A stretch of DNA of 64,000 nucleotides from Thermoguttaceae bacterium. Lineage in GTDB: Bacteria > Planctomycetota > Planctomycetia > Pirellulales > Thermoguttaceae. Position 1 is the first letter of the stretch, and the number at the start of each line of letters is the position of its first letter. Below are positions 29,322 through 38,397 of the stretch, one piece after another. The stretch is taken from positions 73,513 to 137,512 of the forward strand of contig JBJEXI010000018.1 in the NCBI GenBank assembly GCA_051885615.1, given 5' to 3'. The notes beneath the pieces were generated by a model that saw only the letters and a program-made list of their open reading frames with translations, did no database searches and was not told the DNA's origin. Position numbers and translations under genes: made by a program.

Positions 29322-29349
29322 TTGTCTAGTTGGGAAGTAGGGCTATACT
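29322..29349 (+). promoter_or_regulatory. Candidate sigma70-like promoter (TTGTCT-N16-TATACT)
   Basis: Hexamers lie at 29322-29327 and 29344-29349, about 170 nt upstream of the small basic protein gene. Planctomycete promoter rules are poorly known to me, so this is tentative. Confidence 0.3.
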
Positions 29350-29517
29350 ATAGTATCTATGAGTTCGCTGGAGCGACAGAGCGACGTCAGTACGTCGTAG
29401 TTCTCCTACGGGCATTTCGCGGGCGAATCGCCGTCCTCGGCGCGTTACGTCCGTCGTTTTAGCAGCGTCGGGTCGAGTTCGAGCGATCGAGCAACCGCGT
29501 TAGTTTGGAGTAGAATC

Positions 29518-29727
29518 ATGACCATCGATAAGAGTTTAAAGATTAAGAAGGGTGTTTCGCGTTCTCGCAACGTCCTTACGAGAGTTGAGCGTATCGAGAA
29601 GCTTCAAAGCCAGGATCGCTGGACGGACGAGGCTTCCCCCTTAGGGCTTCCCAAGGTTCGCGTCTACAAGATCGTCCTGAAGAAGAAAAAGAAGGCGAAG
29701 GATCCTACTGCGGACGAAAAGAAGTGA
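29518..29727 (+). CDS. Small basic protein (about 70 aa, lysine-rich tail)
   Basis: MTIDKSLKIKKGVSRSRNVLTRVERIEKLQ...KKKKKAKDP. GGAG lies 8 nt upstream of the ATG. It resembles the conserved 'small basic protein' family of PVC-group bacteria, from recollection only. Confidence 0.6.
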   Translation: MTIDKSLKIKKGVSRSRNVLTRVERIEKLQSQDRWTDEASPLGLPKVRVYKIVLKKKKKAKDPTADEKK

Positions 29728-29781
29728 TTTTTTCTACCGCAAAGTCTCTAAAAGACCGTTCGAGTTATCGTGCGGTCTTTT

Positions 29782-30276
29782 TTATTGTATTTCTCTGAGC
29801 TTCTCTGCTATTGGCAACAATTTGGCGTCGAGCTTGTCCTGATTGGCCTTCTTAAAATCGCATTCCCAAATTCTAATGACCTGGTAGCCTAGCGCGGTCA
29901 AATGTTCTGTGGCTGCGGCGTCGCGTAAACGATTTCGTTCGATCTTGGCGCGCCAGTAATCCGCGTGATCTTTGGGCTTCGTATTACGACAGTCATGGCC
30001 ATGCCAAAAACAACCGTCGACAAAAATCGCAATACGCAATTTTGGAAAGACAAAATCTGGCCGACCAAACAGCTTAGAATTTCGTCGCCATCCCACGAGA
30101 GAACGACGACGAAACTCGTCAATTAGGCGCAATTCAGTCGACTTATTACGCGTTGAACGCACGCGACTCATGATCTCCGAACGTTTAGACGCGGTGAAGA
30201 CGTCGTTCTTTTCACTTTCATCCCCTTTCGCGGGAAGCGCTGGCAACGGCGGAAGTTTAGCGCGACGCGGTTTCAA
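29782..30276 (-). CDS. vsr: Very short patch repair endonuclease
   Basis: Motifs SEIMSRVRSTRNKSTE, GRPDFVFPKLRIAIFVDGCFWHGHDC, YWRAKIERNRLRD and VIRIWEC match Vsr. The apparent TTG start is 5 nt after the dcm stop. Confidence 0.88.
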   Translation of the reverse strand: MKPRRAKLPPLPALPAKGDESEKNDVFTASKRSEIMSRVRSTRNKSTELRLIDEFRRRSLVGWRRNSKLFGRPDFVFPKLRIAIFVDGCFWHGHDCRNTKPKDHADYWRAKIERNRLRDAAATEHLTALGYQVIRIWECDFKKANQDKLDAKLLPIAEKLREIQ

Positions 30277-30281
30277 AACGA

Positions 30282-31823
30282 TCAGTTCTCCTTCTTCGCT
30301 TGAAAAACAAGGGGCAAGAACCGTTCAAGCGCTTTTTCAACGAGATTAACAGGCGCCGCGTTCCCCATCTGCTTACGAAGCTGCGAATAGGACGTCACAA
30401 CCTTAAAGTCATCCGGAAAACCTTGAAGGCGAAGAAGTTCTAAGGGCGTAAAGCGCCTCTCCCCATTAACCAAAAGATAATTGTGACTAGCGCCCGCTCG
30501 AAGCGCGCAACTATACGGATACGACGATACAATTCCAGACTTATTCTCATGCCATACCGCAGGGAAATACTTCGACTGATGCAAGCGCTTACGGCTAGCC
30601 ACGATCTCCGGCGAAGCGTAAAAACGACGCGGTATCTTCTCTTCCGGTTCAAGAATATCCTTGAGCTCCTTGCCGCCGCGCGTTTTCTTCGGCCACTCCA
30701 TTTCAAAAGGCGTCGTCGAACCCACGATTACAACGCGTTCGCGTTTTTGAGGCAGCCCGCAATCTAAAGCGTTCAAAACTCGCCAATCGACGTAATAGCC
30801 AAGTTCGTCCTGCAATACTCTCAGAATCACTTCAAAGGTTCGACCGCCGTCGTGCGTCGTCAATTGGCGGACATTTTCCAAGACAAAAGCGCGGGGTCTC
30901 TTATCATGCAAAATACGCGCTATTTGAAAAAAAAGCGAACCTTTGGTTTCGTCGGCAAATCCTTTTCGAAGACCGATGATAGAAAAAGTTTGACAAGGAA
31001 AACCGGCAAATAAGAGGTCAAAGTCCGGAATATCCGCCGACGGGAGGAATTTGATATCGCCAAAGGGTTCGTCGCCAAAATTCGCCGCGTAACTTTTCTG
31101 CGCAAAGGGATCGACGTCGCAACTTAGGGAACAGCGCCCCTGACGTCCCATTTTCTTAATAACTCTCTCTGCGGCGTAACGAAATCCGCCTACTCCGCAA
31201 AAGAGATCGAAAAAGCGTATCGGGCGATCTTCCGTTGGATCCTGGAGCCCAAGGGGCGAGGACGCCAAGCCCTCGACAGAAGCCGTTTTGGAATAGTAGG
31301 AAGAGGTTGTTTGACTCTTACGAGGAGCGCCCACGCGCGATCGCGCTCTTTCCTTTTCTTCTTCAAGCGAGAAGAAAGGATCCCCCTCGGGAACGAAAGG
31401 GTCGGCGACGCTCAATCGAGGCACGTACGGCTGTACTTTCATCGCAGGTTCAGAGGAGTTGGAAGAAGAAGGGCCGGCTTCGGCGTCTTTTTTGTTCGCA
31501 CTCTTTACCGACGCTTTTTCATGAGTCCGAGCGGCGCCCTTTTTACGCGTCGCCTTTTTCACAGAAGAGGGTTCGTCCAAATGAGCTTTATTTTCGGGAG
31601 ACGTAGGAGACGGCAGAGGATTCGCTACGGCGAACAGTTCCTCAACCGTAACGTCAAGCGCCTGAGCCAATCGAAGGGCAACGGCGACTGAGAGATCCCC
31701 GCCATCCTCTTCCACCGCCTGTAGAAACTCCGAAGAAATATTAGCAAGGGTCGCTAAGTCGTCTCTCGTAAGAAAACGCGCCTCACGACAGCGCTTCACG
31801 TGATTAAAGGTCGTCACAATCAC
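30282..31823 (-). CDS. dcm: DNA (cytosine-5)-methyltransferase with an N-terminal XRE-type HTH domain
   Basis: m5C methyltransferase motifs: I FDLFCGVGGF, IV GFPCQTFS, VI ENV, VIII QKRERV and X MGNAAPV. The N-terminal HTH is LTRDDLATLANISSEFLQAVEEDGGDLSVAVALRLAQALDVTVEELF, followed by a roughly 130-aa low-complexity linker. The start appears to be GTG. Confidence 0.9.
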   Translation of the reverse strand: MIVTTFNHVKRCREARFLTRDDLATLANISSEFLQAVEEDGGDLSVAVALRLAQALDVTVEELFAVANPLPSPTSPENKAHLDEPSSVKKATRKKGAARTHEKASVKSANKKDAEAGPSSSNSSEPAMKVQPYVPRLSVADPFVPEGDPFFSLEEEKERARSRVGAPRKSQTTSSYYSKTASVEGLASSPLGLQDPTEDRPIRFFDLFCGVGGFRYAAERVIKKMGRQGRCSLSCDVDPFAQKSYAANFGDEPFGDIKFLPSADIPDFDLLFAGFPCQTFSIIGLRKGFADETKGSLFFQIARILHDKRPRAFVLENVRQLTTHDGGRTFEVILRVLQDELGYYVDWRVLNALDCGLPQKRERVVIVGSTTPFEMEWPKKTRGGKELKDILEPEEKIPRRFYASPEIVASRKRLHQSKYFPAVWHENKSGIVSSYPYSCALRAGASHNYLLVNGERRFTPLELLRLQGFPDDFKVVTSYSQLRKQMGNAAPVNLVEKALERFLPLVFQAKKEN

Positions 31824-31986
31824 GAACTCCCAACATCAACATATAGGCTCGTCTCCGCGTCGGCGTTTCCGTTTTACATACGCCGATCCTCTTTTATTAT
31901 ACCCGTCGGTCGCCTCGCGTCGACCTATAGGGAATACTCGAACGCCGTCCGTCTACCATTGTTTCCTCCGCTTCTCCCCTTACAAT

Positions 31987-34900
31987 TCAATTCGAGGCGT
32001 GTTTGGAAATAAAGTTTTCGACAAGCTCGCGAATATTCCATAAGGGATGCACAGCCCCACGACATTCCGCTCGACGCGTCAATTCAAGAGCTCGACGCGC
32101 GTTCTTGAGCGCCGCTTCCTTATCTTTACGCGCGAGTTCGAGATGAGCTCTAATGTAATAAGCCGTAGCTAAAAGCGGCTTGGCAGCGTAAAAATGCCGT
32201 TCAAATAACCAACGAAAATCCTCTTCGATTTCGTCCGCGCTTACGGCAACTTTCTTCAAATCTCCCCAACGCCGACGTTCGACGCGAGCCAATCCCTCAG
32301 CAATCTTCATTTTCAGATTCAAAAATTTGAATTCGAGCGTTTCTTTCTCATTCAGCGATCTAGAAAAAGCGTCGTCGATTTTCAAGTGAAATTGCTTGCA
32401 CGCGCTAATCGTAGCGTTCCACTCTCGACGTTGAACGCAGTACTCAACAAAACACTGATAATAAAAACCGCCGTTGCGTACGAGAGGCCCGCCATAGCGT
32501 TTTGCATGGAGAACCAACGCGTCGACCAATAATCGGAGAAGCCATACGGGACGTTTCGCCCCCCTGGCGAAGATGGAGTACAGCCTCGCCTGAAAATAGA
32601 GGTAATGTTCCATCTCCCAGTCTTCAGGAAAAAAGGGCTTGTCCGCGTCCTCCACAACGCGTCGATCCCAGAAAAAGTCGCTTAAAAAGGACCATTTTTT
32701 AAAAGTTGACGCCAGCGCGAGCGTCGCCGGTCGTCCTTCGAGGAGCTTTTGAATCCTCGTAATTTCTTCGACGCTGCGTCGATTTAACTCCTCGCTCGGA
32801 CGTTCATGGAAATACGCCGTTTCGTAATGATATAAATCAACGACCAATTCGCTCCCGACAATTTCTCTAATAACGTCAACGGAAGGTTCCCCATCGCTAA
32901 ATTTATCACGAAATTCCAAAAGACGACGGGTCGCAAGACTTCGCGTACGGCAGATCTTTTCACATTCTTCCTTGATCGAATATGTTTTGTAGAAGAGAAG
33001 ACTCTTGAACGTTGCGTCAAAGACTGCAGCCTGGATCTCTGAATCATGTGAAGCCAGGAATTCGCTGAGCTGCTCCGCTTTGACCCCGAGACGACGCCCC
33101 TCATAGTAACAATTTCTCACGAATCCGTAATAATAACTCGCTCGACTAAACGTCAACCATGCAAATCCCGCAACCTCCAATAGATTGGAAGACTGATCGT
33201 CTATGCTCTCATTATTCTCCTCACATAGCAAAGGCGCGTATAATAGATCAAAAAACTCCTCAAAACGATGGAATAAGAGACGCACATAAACACTCGACGC
33301 CTCGATAAACTCGCACATCGCCTGGGCTAATCCGACAAACGCCTCGTCGCGAGCTTCAGAGTTCTTCTCCAAAACCATCACAAAAATATTTGAAGCGCAG
33401 AGAAGACGTCTCTCCTTTATCTTAAGATCTTCGTCTTCCAAGGCCGCCAGCCTTAGGAATGAACGTCCGATGACGGCATGCGCCAAAAGAAGTTTCTTAA
33501 TCGATGTAGGAGCGCTTGAGTATTTCTCGTCAAAACGCTCCAGCAATTCTTTTTCAAATTCGTCGGCCCCGTCAGTTTCACTATTCATGGCGGCGTTTGC
33601 CATTTCGTGGTAAAAGAGTAAAAGCGCGCACTGTACTAAATAATTGTCTGGTTTAACAGTCTCGTCAAATTTCGATACCGAATCTAGAATTTCACGTCTC
33701 GCCGCTTTTTCACGGCCATGCGTCACTAGTAAATCATAGTAGCGTCCCGCGCAATGCAAGTAGGTCGATGCGAAGGATGGACTATGTTCGCTCACCTTTC
33801 TTCCCATTCTGAGAATATTGAGCAACCATGCCTCGAGAAACATAACCTTATTGTATGGCAAATTTGAGCAGGCGACGCTGAAAGGGACGCTCTCCTCTTC
33901 GACGCTCTCTTCTTCGCCAACCTTCTTCTCCTCGATCAGCGTAACGGTAAGATCGGGCTGGGGATCGTTTTCGACCTCCCTCTCCTCCAACCCTTCTTTC
34001 ACGGCGCGAGAAACGTCAGCTTTAAACCACTGATCCGCCTCGTCTTCGTTCGTCTCCTCGATCTCTTCGATACTCACATCCGAACGCGAATCAGGTTCGA
34101 TCGGCTTCCCTAACGCCAAACAACAACACGTCTTAAACGACAGAACACCGAGAAAGAAGGCGCACGTCCATAAAGCGTTACTCTTTTCGTCTTGACCGTT
34201 CTCCTCCTCCTCAGATTCCGGTTCGCTCTCTGCGGTATCGGTCGTTGAAACCGAAATAGTATTCAAAAAGGCGCGCGCATTATCGAGAGAAGACGTTATT
34301 TCCTTAACCGAATCCGGATCATATTCTCTTAGGCAAAACATCGTCGTTTTGAAAGAACTATACGCCTCTTGGTAAGCCAATTGGTATTCGCCATGCTTCC
34401 AATAGAATTCTACCAACGTCTTATTGATTGACGTCCAGGAAGAACAATAGCTATAGGCTCCCGTCCCAATTAGCTTCCGATAGGCGTTTGAAATCTGGCA
34501 TAGGTCGGAAAAAAAGGAGCGCTCCACAACGTTTTCAGCCAATTTCTGCGTGAAAAACTGAGCGCGCTTCCCATCCAGTGATTGTGGGTTCACATGATTC
34601 GAAGACGTTAGAAAACTCGTCGGTTCAGGGAGAAACACTATCTCGTCTTCCCCCAAAACCGGATGTTTTTCCAGGAAATGAACGCGTTCTCTTACGAGAT
34701 AGATTCGTAATTCGTCATTTTTTCTCAGCAAGTAGGCCTGATCGCTCGACGAGAGGGAGGAAGAATCGTTTCCCCATTCTTGACTCAAAAAAGAACGACG
34801 CAGATGCTGTAAATAACTTAACCAAAAACGAACCAAGCGCAAATACGAACGCGAGTCCTTGGAATCTCGGGCAAAGAAAAGGGATACGCGAATATCAGAT

Positions 34901-37002
34901 TCTAGAAATTCCCAATATTTCCACTCGCGGGACGCCAAATCAGACGTCAAAAAACGAACGGAACGCGCTAGAGTTTGCTTTGCCTCCTGCTTTTTACCAA
35001 ACTTCCACTGAAGAATGGCGAAACGCCAATAAAAGTTATAGAACAGAAGTTTGTCGTTTTCTAAAACGTCCTTGTCAAGCAGCTCCGAATTGGCCGCCTC
35101 GTACAACTTCTGAAAATCTTCGTAAATCAAGCGAAAATTGCGTTTAAAAAGGAAGTTAAACGCCGCTCTTTGAAAGTAAATGCGAGCCTGACATAATCGC
35201 AATCTTGCGCGATCTTTGTCGTCGGAATCGAGCTTCGCCAATTCGAGAGAAACGGCCAACGCCTTTTCCGTCGCCTCCTTCGCGTCGTTCATACGATTTG
35301 CGCGCGCCAGCAGCACGTGAATATGCAACAAAGCGTCGCAATAGTCCGCGTCTAAGGTAAGTCTCTCGCTATCGGTCAACTTACTTCGAATCTCCTCAAA
35401 GACGGAGTCAAGTTCTTTCACTTTATCCCACGACCGAGCGGCGACGGCAATATCATGAACAAGAGCGAAAGCGGAAACAAATACCGACGAGGGGCTATGA
35501 TTTTCGTCTTTTTCCAAAGCTTGAGCAACCGCTTGAAAAAGCGCTTGTAGATCGCGACTCGCCGCGTTGACGCGTTTCTCGATGAGATGCAAGCCCGCTC
35601 GAACGCGTAGGGCTCCTGCCAAAAGGAAAAGAGAAGCGACGCGCTTCTTCAGAGGAAGTTCGTTGTTTAAATTCGTTCGGAGAATTTCAATAGAACGATC
35701 GAGAATCGCCGAAGCGACCTGGAAATTCTGTTCGGAAAGATAAACTTCCGCTTGAAAACGCTGTATGTTCACTAACGGAATATAAAAACGATCGTTATTC
35801 GATAAATAGAGGCGTTCCTGAACAGAGTGAGCCTGCTCTAAGACGTCCTTCACTTCGTCAAGACGTCCCATACTTCGAAGAGTAACGGCAAGCTGACACA
35901 ATATATTGGCCTTCTGAATCTGAATGAGATCGGTACGTTTCGCAACGTCGCAAATACTCAACGCTTCGCGATAATGCGCGACCGCCTCCTTCAAGTCGCC
36001 AACCGTTCGGTAGGCGTCCGCTTTCCACGTTTTTAGCGGGATAAGAAACCGCGCGTCCCTATCGTCGGAATTGAAGATGATATCAGACTCCGTCGCTAAC
36101 TCTTCCGCTTTTTGAAAAGAGGTCAACGCTACGCCGCCGGCCCCTGAAAAAATAAGCGCCTGACCGTGCATCAGCCACGTGCGCGACAAATTCTCCCTAG
36201 CTTGGGCAGATTTCTCTTTGGCATACCAAGCCCGCGCTCGCGATAAAGCCTCCCCGACAACGTCGAAGGGAGCCTTCTTTCGATTGCGAAGATAAAAAAC
36301 GGAGCGGAGCAAGACGATTTCACACGACAATTCGTCGTACTCGTTCCCAAAGATGTACGTCGATTCATCTAGGTTCCTCTGCGCCTCGTCAAATAGCGCA
36401 AGAGCCTGTTCGCGATCAGACCAACGTAAAGTATTCGCATAACGGAGAATCAAACGAATCAAGTCTGAACGCGCAGACTCTTCGCCTGCGCGAACTCTCT
36501 CTCGAAGCGTCTCGATTTTCTTGGCGTCTGGAATATTATCGTCGTCGTAAAACTCCGCTTCTCCGTCTTCGTCGTCAAAAAAATCCCCTTCCTGACTCTC
36601 GTCGTCGAAAGCGTCGTCCTTCTTTCCGCCGCGATTCTTAAAAAAGGGGCCAAGATAATTACCGCTGGAATGATCTTGCGACGACTCCGGCGAATCCTCG
36701 TCCGGCGAATCTTCACTTGATTCATATAAGGAGTCGTCCTCGTCTTCCTCTTCGTCTCCGTTGGAAATCTCTTCCGCCCACTCGTCCCAATCGTCTTCGG
36801 GTTCGTCTATCTCTTCGACGTTCGTGCGACGAGACAACGCCCGAAGAACGTCTCTGAAAGATTGATTTAGAGAATCGAAAAAATCCGAATCCACATTCTC
36901 ATGTTCGTTATCTTGAGTTACGGCGCCTAACGCAAAGATCAGAAGAAACCCAAGCATGGCTCCCAAGGGAATCATCGTCGTCAACTGAATGGTCTCGATC
37001 AT
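31987..37002 (-). CDS. Giant (1671 aa) membrane-anchored hypothetical protein with acidic tracts and TPR-like helical repeats
   Basis: An uninterrupted 5-kb ORF with an ATG start preceded by GAGG. It has an N-terminal TM helix (MIPLGAMLGFLLIFALGAV) and poly-D/E segments. The rest is predicted helical-repeat sequence. I saw no Walker A motif, nuclease motif or other catalytic motif. Confidence 0.8.
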   Translation of the reverse strand: MIETIQLTTMIPLGAMLGFLLIFALGAVTQDNEHENVDSDFFDSLNQSFRDVLRALSRRTNVEEIDEPEDDWDEWAEEISNGDEEEDEDDSLYESSEDSPDEDSPESSQDHSSGNYLGPFFKNRGGKKDDAFDDESQEGDFFDDEDGEAEFYDDDNIPDAKKIETLRERVRAGEESARSDLIRLILRYANTLRWSDREQALALFDEAQRNLDESTYIFGNEYDELSCEIVLLRSVFYLRNRKKAPFDVVGEALSRARAWYAKEKSAQARENLSRTWLMHGQALIFSGAGGVALTSFQKAEELATESDIIFNSDDRDARFLIPLKTWKADAYRTVGDLKEAVAHYREALSICDVAKRTDLIQIQKANILCQLAVTLRSMGRLDEVKDVLEQAHSVQERLYLSNNDRFYIPLVNIQRFQAEVYLSEQNFQVASAILDRSIEILRTNLNNELPLKKRVASLFLLAGALRVRAGLHLIEKRVNAASRDLQALFQAVAQALEKDENHSPSSVFVSAFALVHDIAVAARSWDKVKELDSVFEEIRSKLTDSERLTLDADYCDALLHIHVLLARANRMNDAKEATEKALAVSLELAKLDSDDKDRARLRLCQARIYFQRAAFNFLFKRNFRLIYEDFQKLYEAANSELLDKDVLENDKLLFYNFYWRFAILQWKFGKKQEAKQTLARSVRFLTSDLASREWKYWEFLESDIRVSLFFARDSKDSRSYLRLVRFWLSYLQHLRRSFLSQEWGNDSSSLSSSDQAYLLRKNDELRIYLVRERVHFLEKHPVLGEDEIVFLPEPTSFLTSSNHVNPQSLDGKRAQFFTQKLAENVVERSFFSDLCQISNAYRKLIGTGAYSYCSSWTSINKTLVEFYWKHGEYQLAYQEAYSSFKTTMFCLREYDPDSVKEITSSLDNARAFLNTISVSTTDTAESEPESEEEENGQDEKSNALWTCAFFLGVLSFKTCCCLALGKPIEPDSRSDVSIEEIEETNEDEADQWFKADVSRAVKEGLEEREVENDPQPDLTVTLIEEKKVGEEESVEEESVPFSVACSNLPYNKVMFLEAWLLNILRMGRKVSEHSPSFASTYLHCAGRYYDLLVTHGREKAARREILDSVSKFDETVKPDNYLVQCALLLFYHEMANAAMNSETDGADEFEKELLERFDEKYSSAPTSIKKLLLAHAVIGRSFLRLAALEDEDLKIKERRLLCASNIFVMVLEKNSEARDEAFVGLAQAMCEFIEASSVYVRLLFHRFEEFFDLLYAPLLCEENNESIDDQSSNLLEVAGFAWLTFSRASYYYGFVRNCYYEGRRLGVKAEQLSEFLASHDSEIQAAVFDATFKSLLFYKTYSIKEECEKICRTRSLATRRLLEFRDKFSDGEPSVDVIREIVGSELVVDLYHYETAYFHERPSEELNRRSVEEITRIQKLLEGRPATLALASTFKKWSFLSDFFWDRRVVEDADKPFFPEDWEMEHYLYFQARLYSIFARGAKRPVWLLRLLVDALVLHAKRYGGPLVRNGGFYYQCFVEYCVQRREWNATISACKQFHLKIDDAFSRSLNEKETLEFKFLNLKMKIAEGLARVERRRWGDLKKVAVSADEIEEDFRWLFERHFYAAKPLLATAYYIRAHLELARKDKEAALKNARRALELTRRAECRGAVHPLWNIRELVENFISKHASN

Positions 37003-37047
37003 TAATTCCTCATTCCTGTATATGTAAAACGCGTAGCGCTCTTTTCT

Positions 37048-38397
37048 TTATCCGCATACCATTTTCAGGCATTCGTTGAAATCGCCTGAAGAACAGAGGG
37101 CGTCAAGTCGAGATAAAAACGAAAATTGCTCTTCTCGCCATATCCATGGACCGATCCGGCGACTCGTATCGACGTCAACGCCCATTTCTAAAACGACGCG
37201 CGAATAAATCGCCGACAAAAGCGTCTCAACGCCGTCGTTTCGAATTGCGCTAAGGCGTAAAAAACGGCCCTCTAGCGCCTCCCTCCAACTCTCATGCCAC
37301 ATATCTTGGGAAACGTCGGTTTTATTAAGGACGTCAACGACAGCGTCGCGAGCGGAAAACGGAGCGTCCGGAGACAAAAATTCGCAAAACGCGCGTTCTT
37401 GTTCTTCCCGATCGACCAGCGGATCATAGACTCGAACGGCAATATCGGCGCGATGGGCAAGCTTGGTAGCCAGCTTGATTCCCTCCGATTCGACGCTATC
37501 GTCAGTTTCTCGCAATCCGGCGCAGTCGACAAAGCGGAAAAGCCACCCTTTGTACGCCAGGTTTTCTTCCAGTAAATCTCGAGTCGTTCCAGCAAAGGGA
37601 GAAACAATAGCCCTATCGTAACCTAAAAGCGCGTTTAGAAGGCTACTTTTACCGACGTTTGGCGCGCCAAATATTGCCACGAGGCAAGGAGTCGTCAAAA
37701 GTCTGCCAATACGCTCCGTTTTCAAGACGGAATTAATCTTTGCTCTTACCGACGAAATGAACCGCTCCTTATCGTCGCCAAGACCGTTTCGCACACGTTG
37801 ACAATCCCCGACAAAAGAATCAAACCACATCTTCCAGGACTCTTCCTGATCGCAGGCAATTTTAGCTGTTTCTTCCGTCGTTGTCTCCGAGATTAGCTCA
37901 TATGCGGCGTCGAAAAACAGCGAGTAGACCTGTTCTGAAAAAGGCGCCTTTTCGGCTCCGTAGAGCGCGCGACGTTCGATAGCCAGCGTCTCCCTCTTCC
38001 ATTCCGAGTCGGAAACTTCCCTTGCCCCTAAGGCGACGCAACGTTCGATAATACGTGACGTCACGAGCTCCCCCCCGTGACAATCGATCTCAAAAATTGA
38101 CGGAGAACGCCTATACAAAACGCATTCGTCCGCGCTACCGCGCTCCTCGTCAAAATGGAACAAACCAAACAAAGGACGCGCTCCCTCGTCAGGCGTCCAC
38201 TCGCGAAAAAGCGCCTTCGAAGGCTCTCCCGACGTCAGACTCCAACACGCCGCAAGAATCGCCCCCGCTTGAGGCCCGCTAATTCCAACGATCGACACGG
38301 CGCCGCGTCCCGACGGAGTCAAACGGGCGACTATCGAATCAGGCGTTCGTTCTGTCGTCGGCACAGAAGACGCGCTCTCATGTATCGATCCAGTCAA
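37048..38397 (-). CDS. MnmE(TrmE)-like GTPase, divergent
   Basis: The N-terminal domain (DSIVARLTPSGRGAVSIVGISGPQA, EIDCHGG) and the G domain (GAPNVGKSSLLNAL, AGTTRD, DCAGLRET, NKTD) match MnmE. The FLNGK-DL-QAEA helix and the C-terminal C(I/L/V)GK motif are not recognisable, and the protein ends ...KMVCG. The apparent TTG start overlaps the upstream stop (TTGA). Confidence 0.7.
   Translation of the reverse strand: MTGSIHESASSVPTTERTPDSIVARLTPSGRGAVSIVGISGPQAGAILAACWSLTSGEPSKALFREWTPDEGARPLFGLFHFDEERGSADECVLYRRSPSIFEIDCHGGELVTSRIIERCVALGAREVSDSEWKRETLAIERRALYGAEKAPFSEQVYSLFFDAAYELISETTTEETAKIACDQEESWKMWFDSFVGDCQRVRNGLGDDKERFISSVRAKINSVLKTERIGRLLTTPCLVAIFGAPNVGKSSLLNALLGYDRAIVSPFAGTTRDLLEENLAYKGWLFRFVDCAGLRETDDSVESEGIKLATKLAHRADIAVRVYDPLVDREEQERAFCEFLSPDAPFSARDAVVDVLNKTDVSQDMWHESWREALEGRFLRLSAIRNDGVETLLSAIYSRVVLEMGVDVDTSRRIGPWIWREEQFSFLSRLDALCSSGDFNECLKMVCG

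Noticed and set aside
29782-37002. Possible horizontally acquired island (Dcm-Vsr plus the giant ORF) with deviant base composition
   Set aside because: I hand-counted a few 60-nt lines in this region and elsewhere. Both gave about 48-50% GC, so I cannot support a compositional shift. I also saw no integrase, tRNA or direct repeats at the borders. A proper GC/k-mer scan would be needed.
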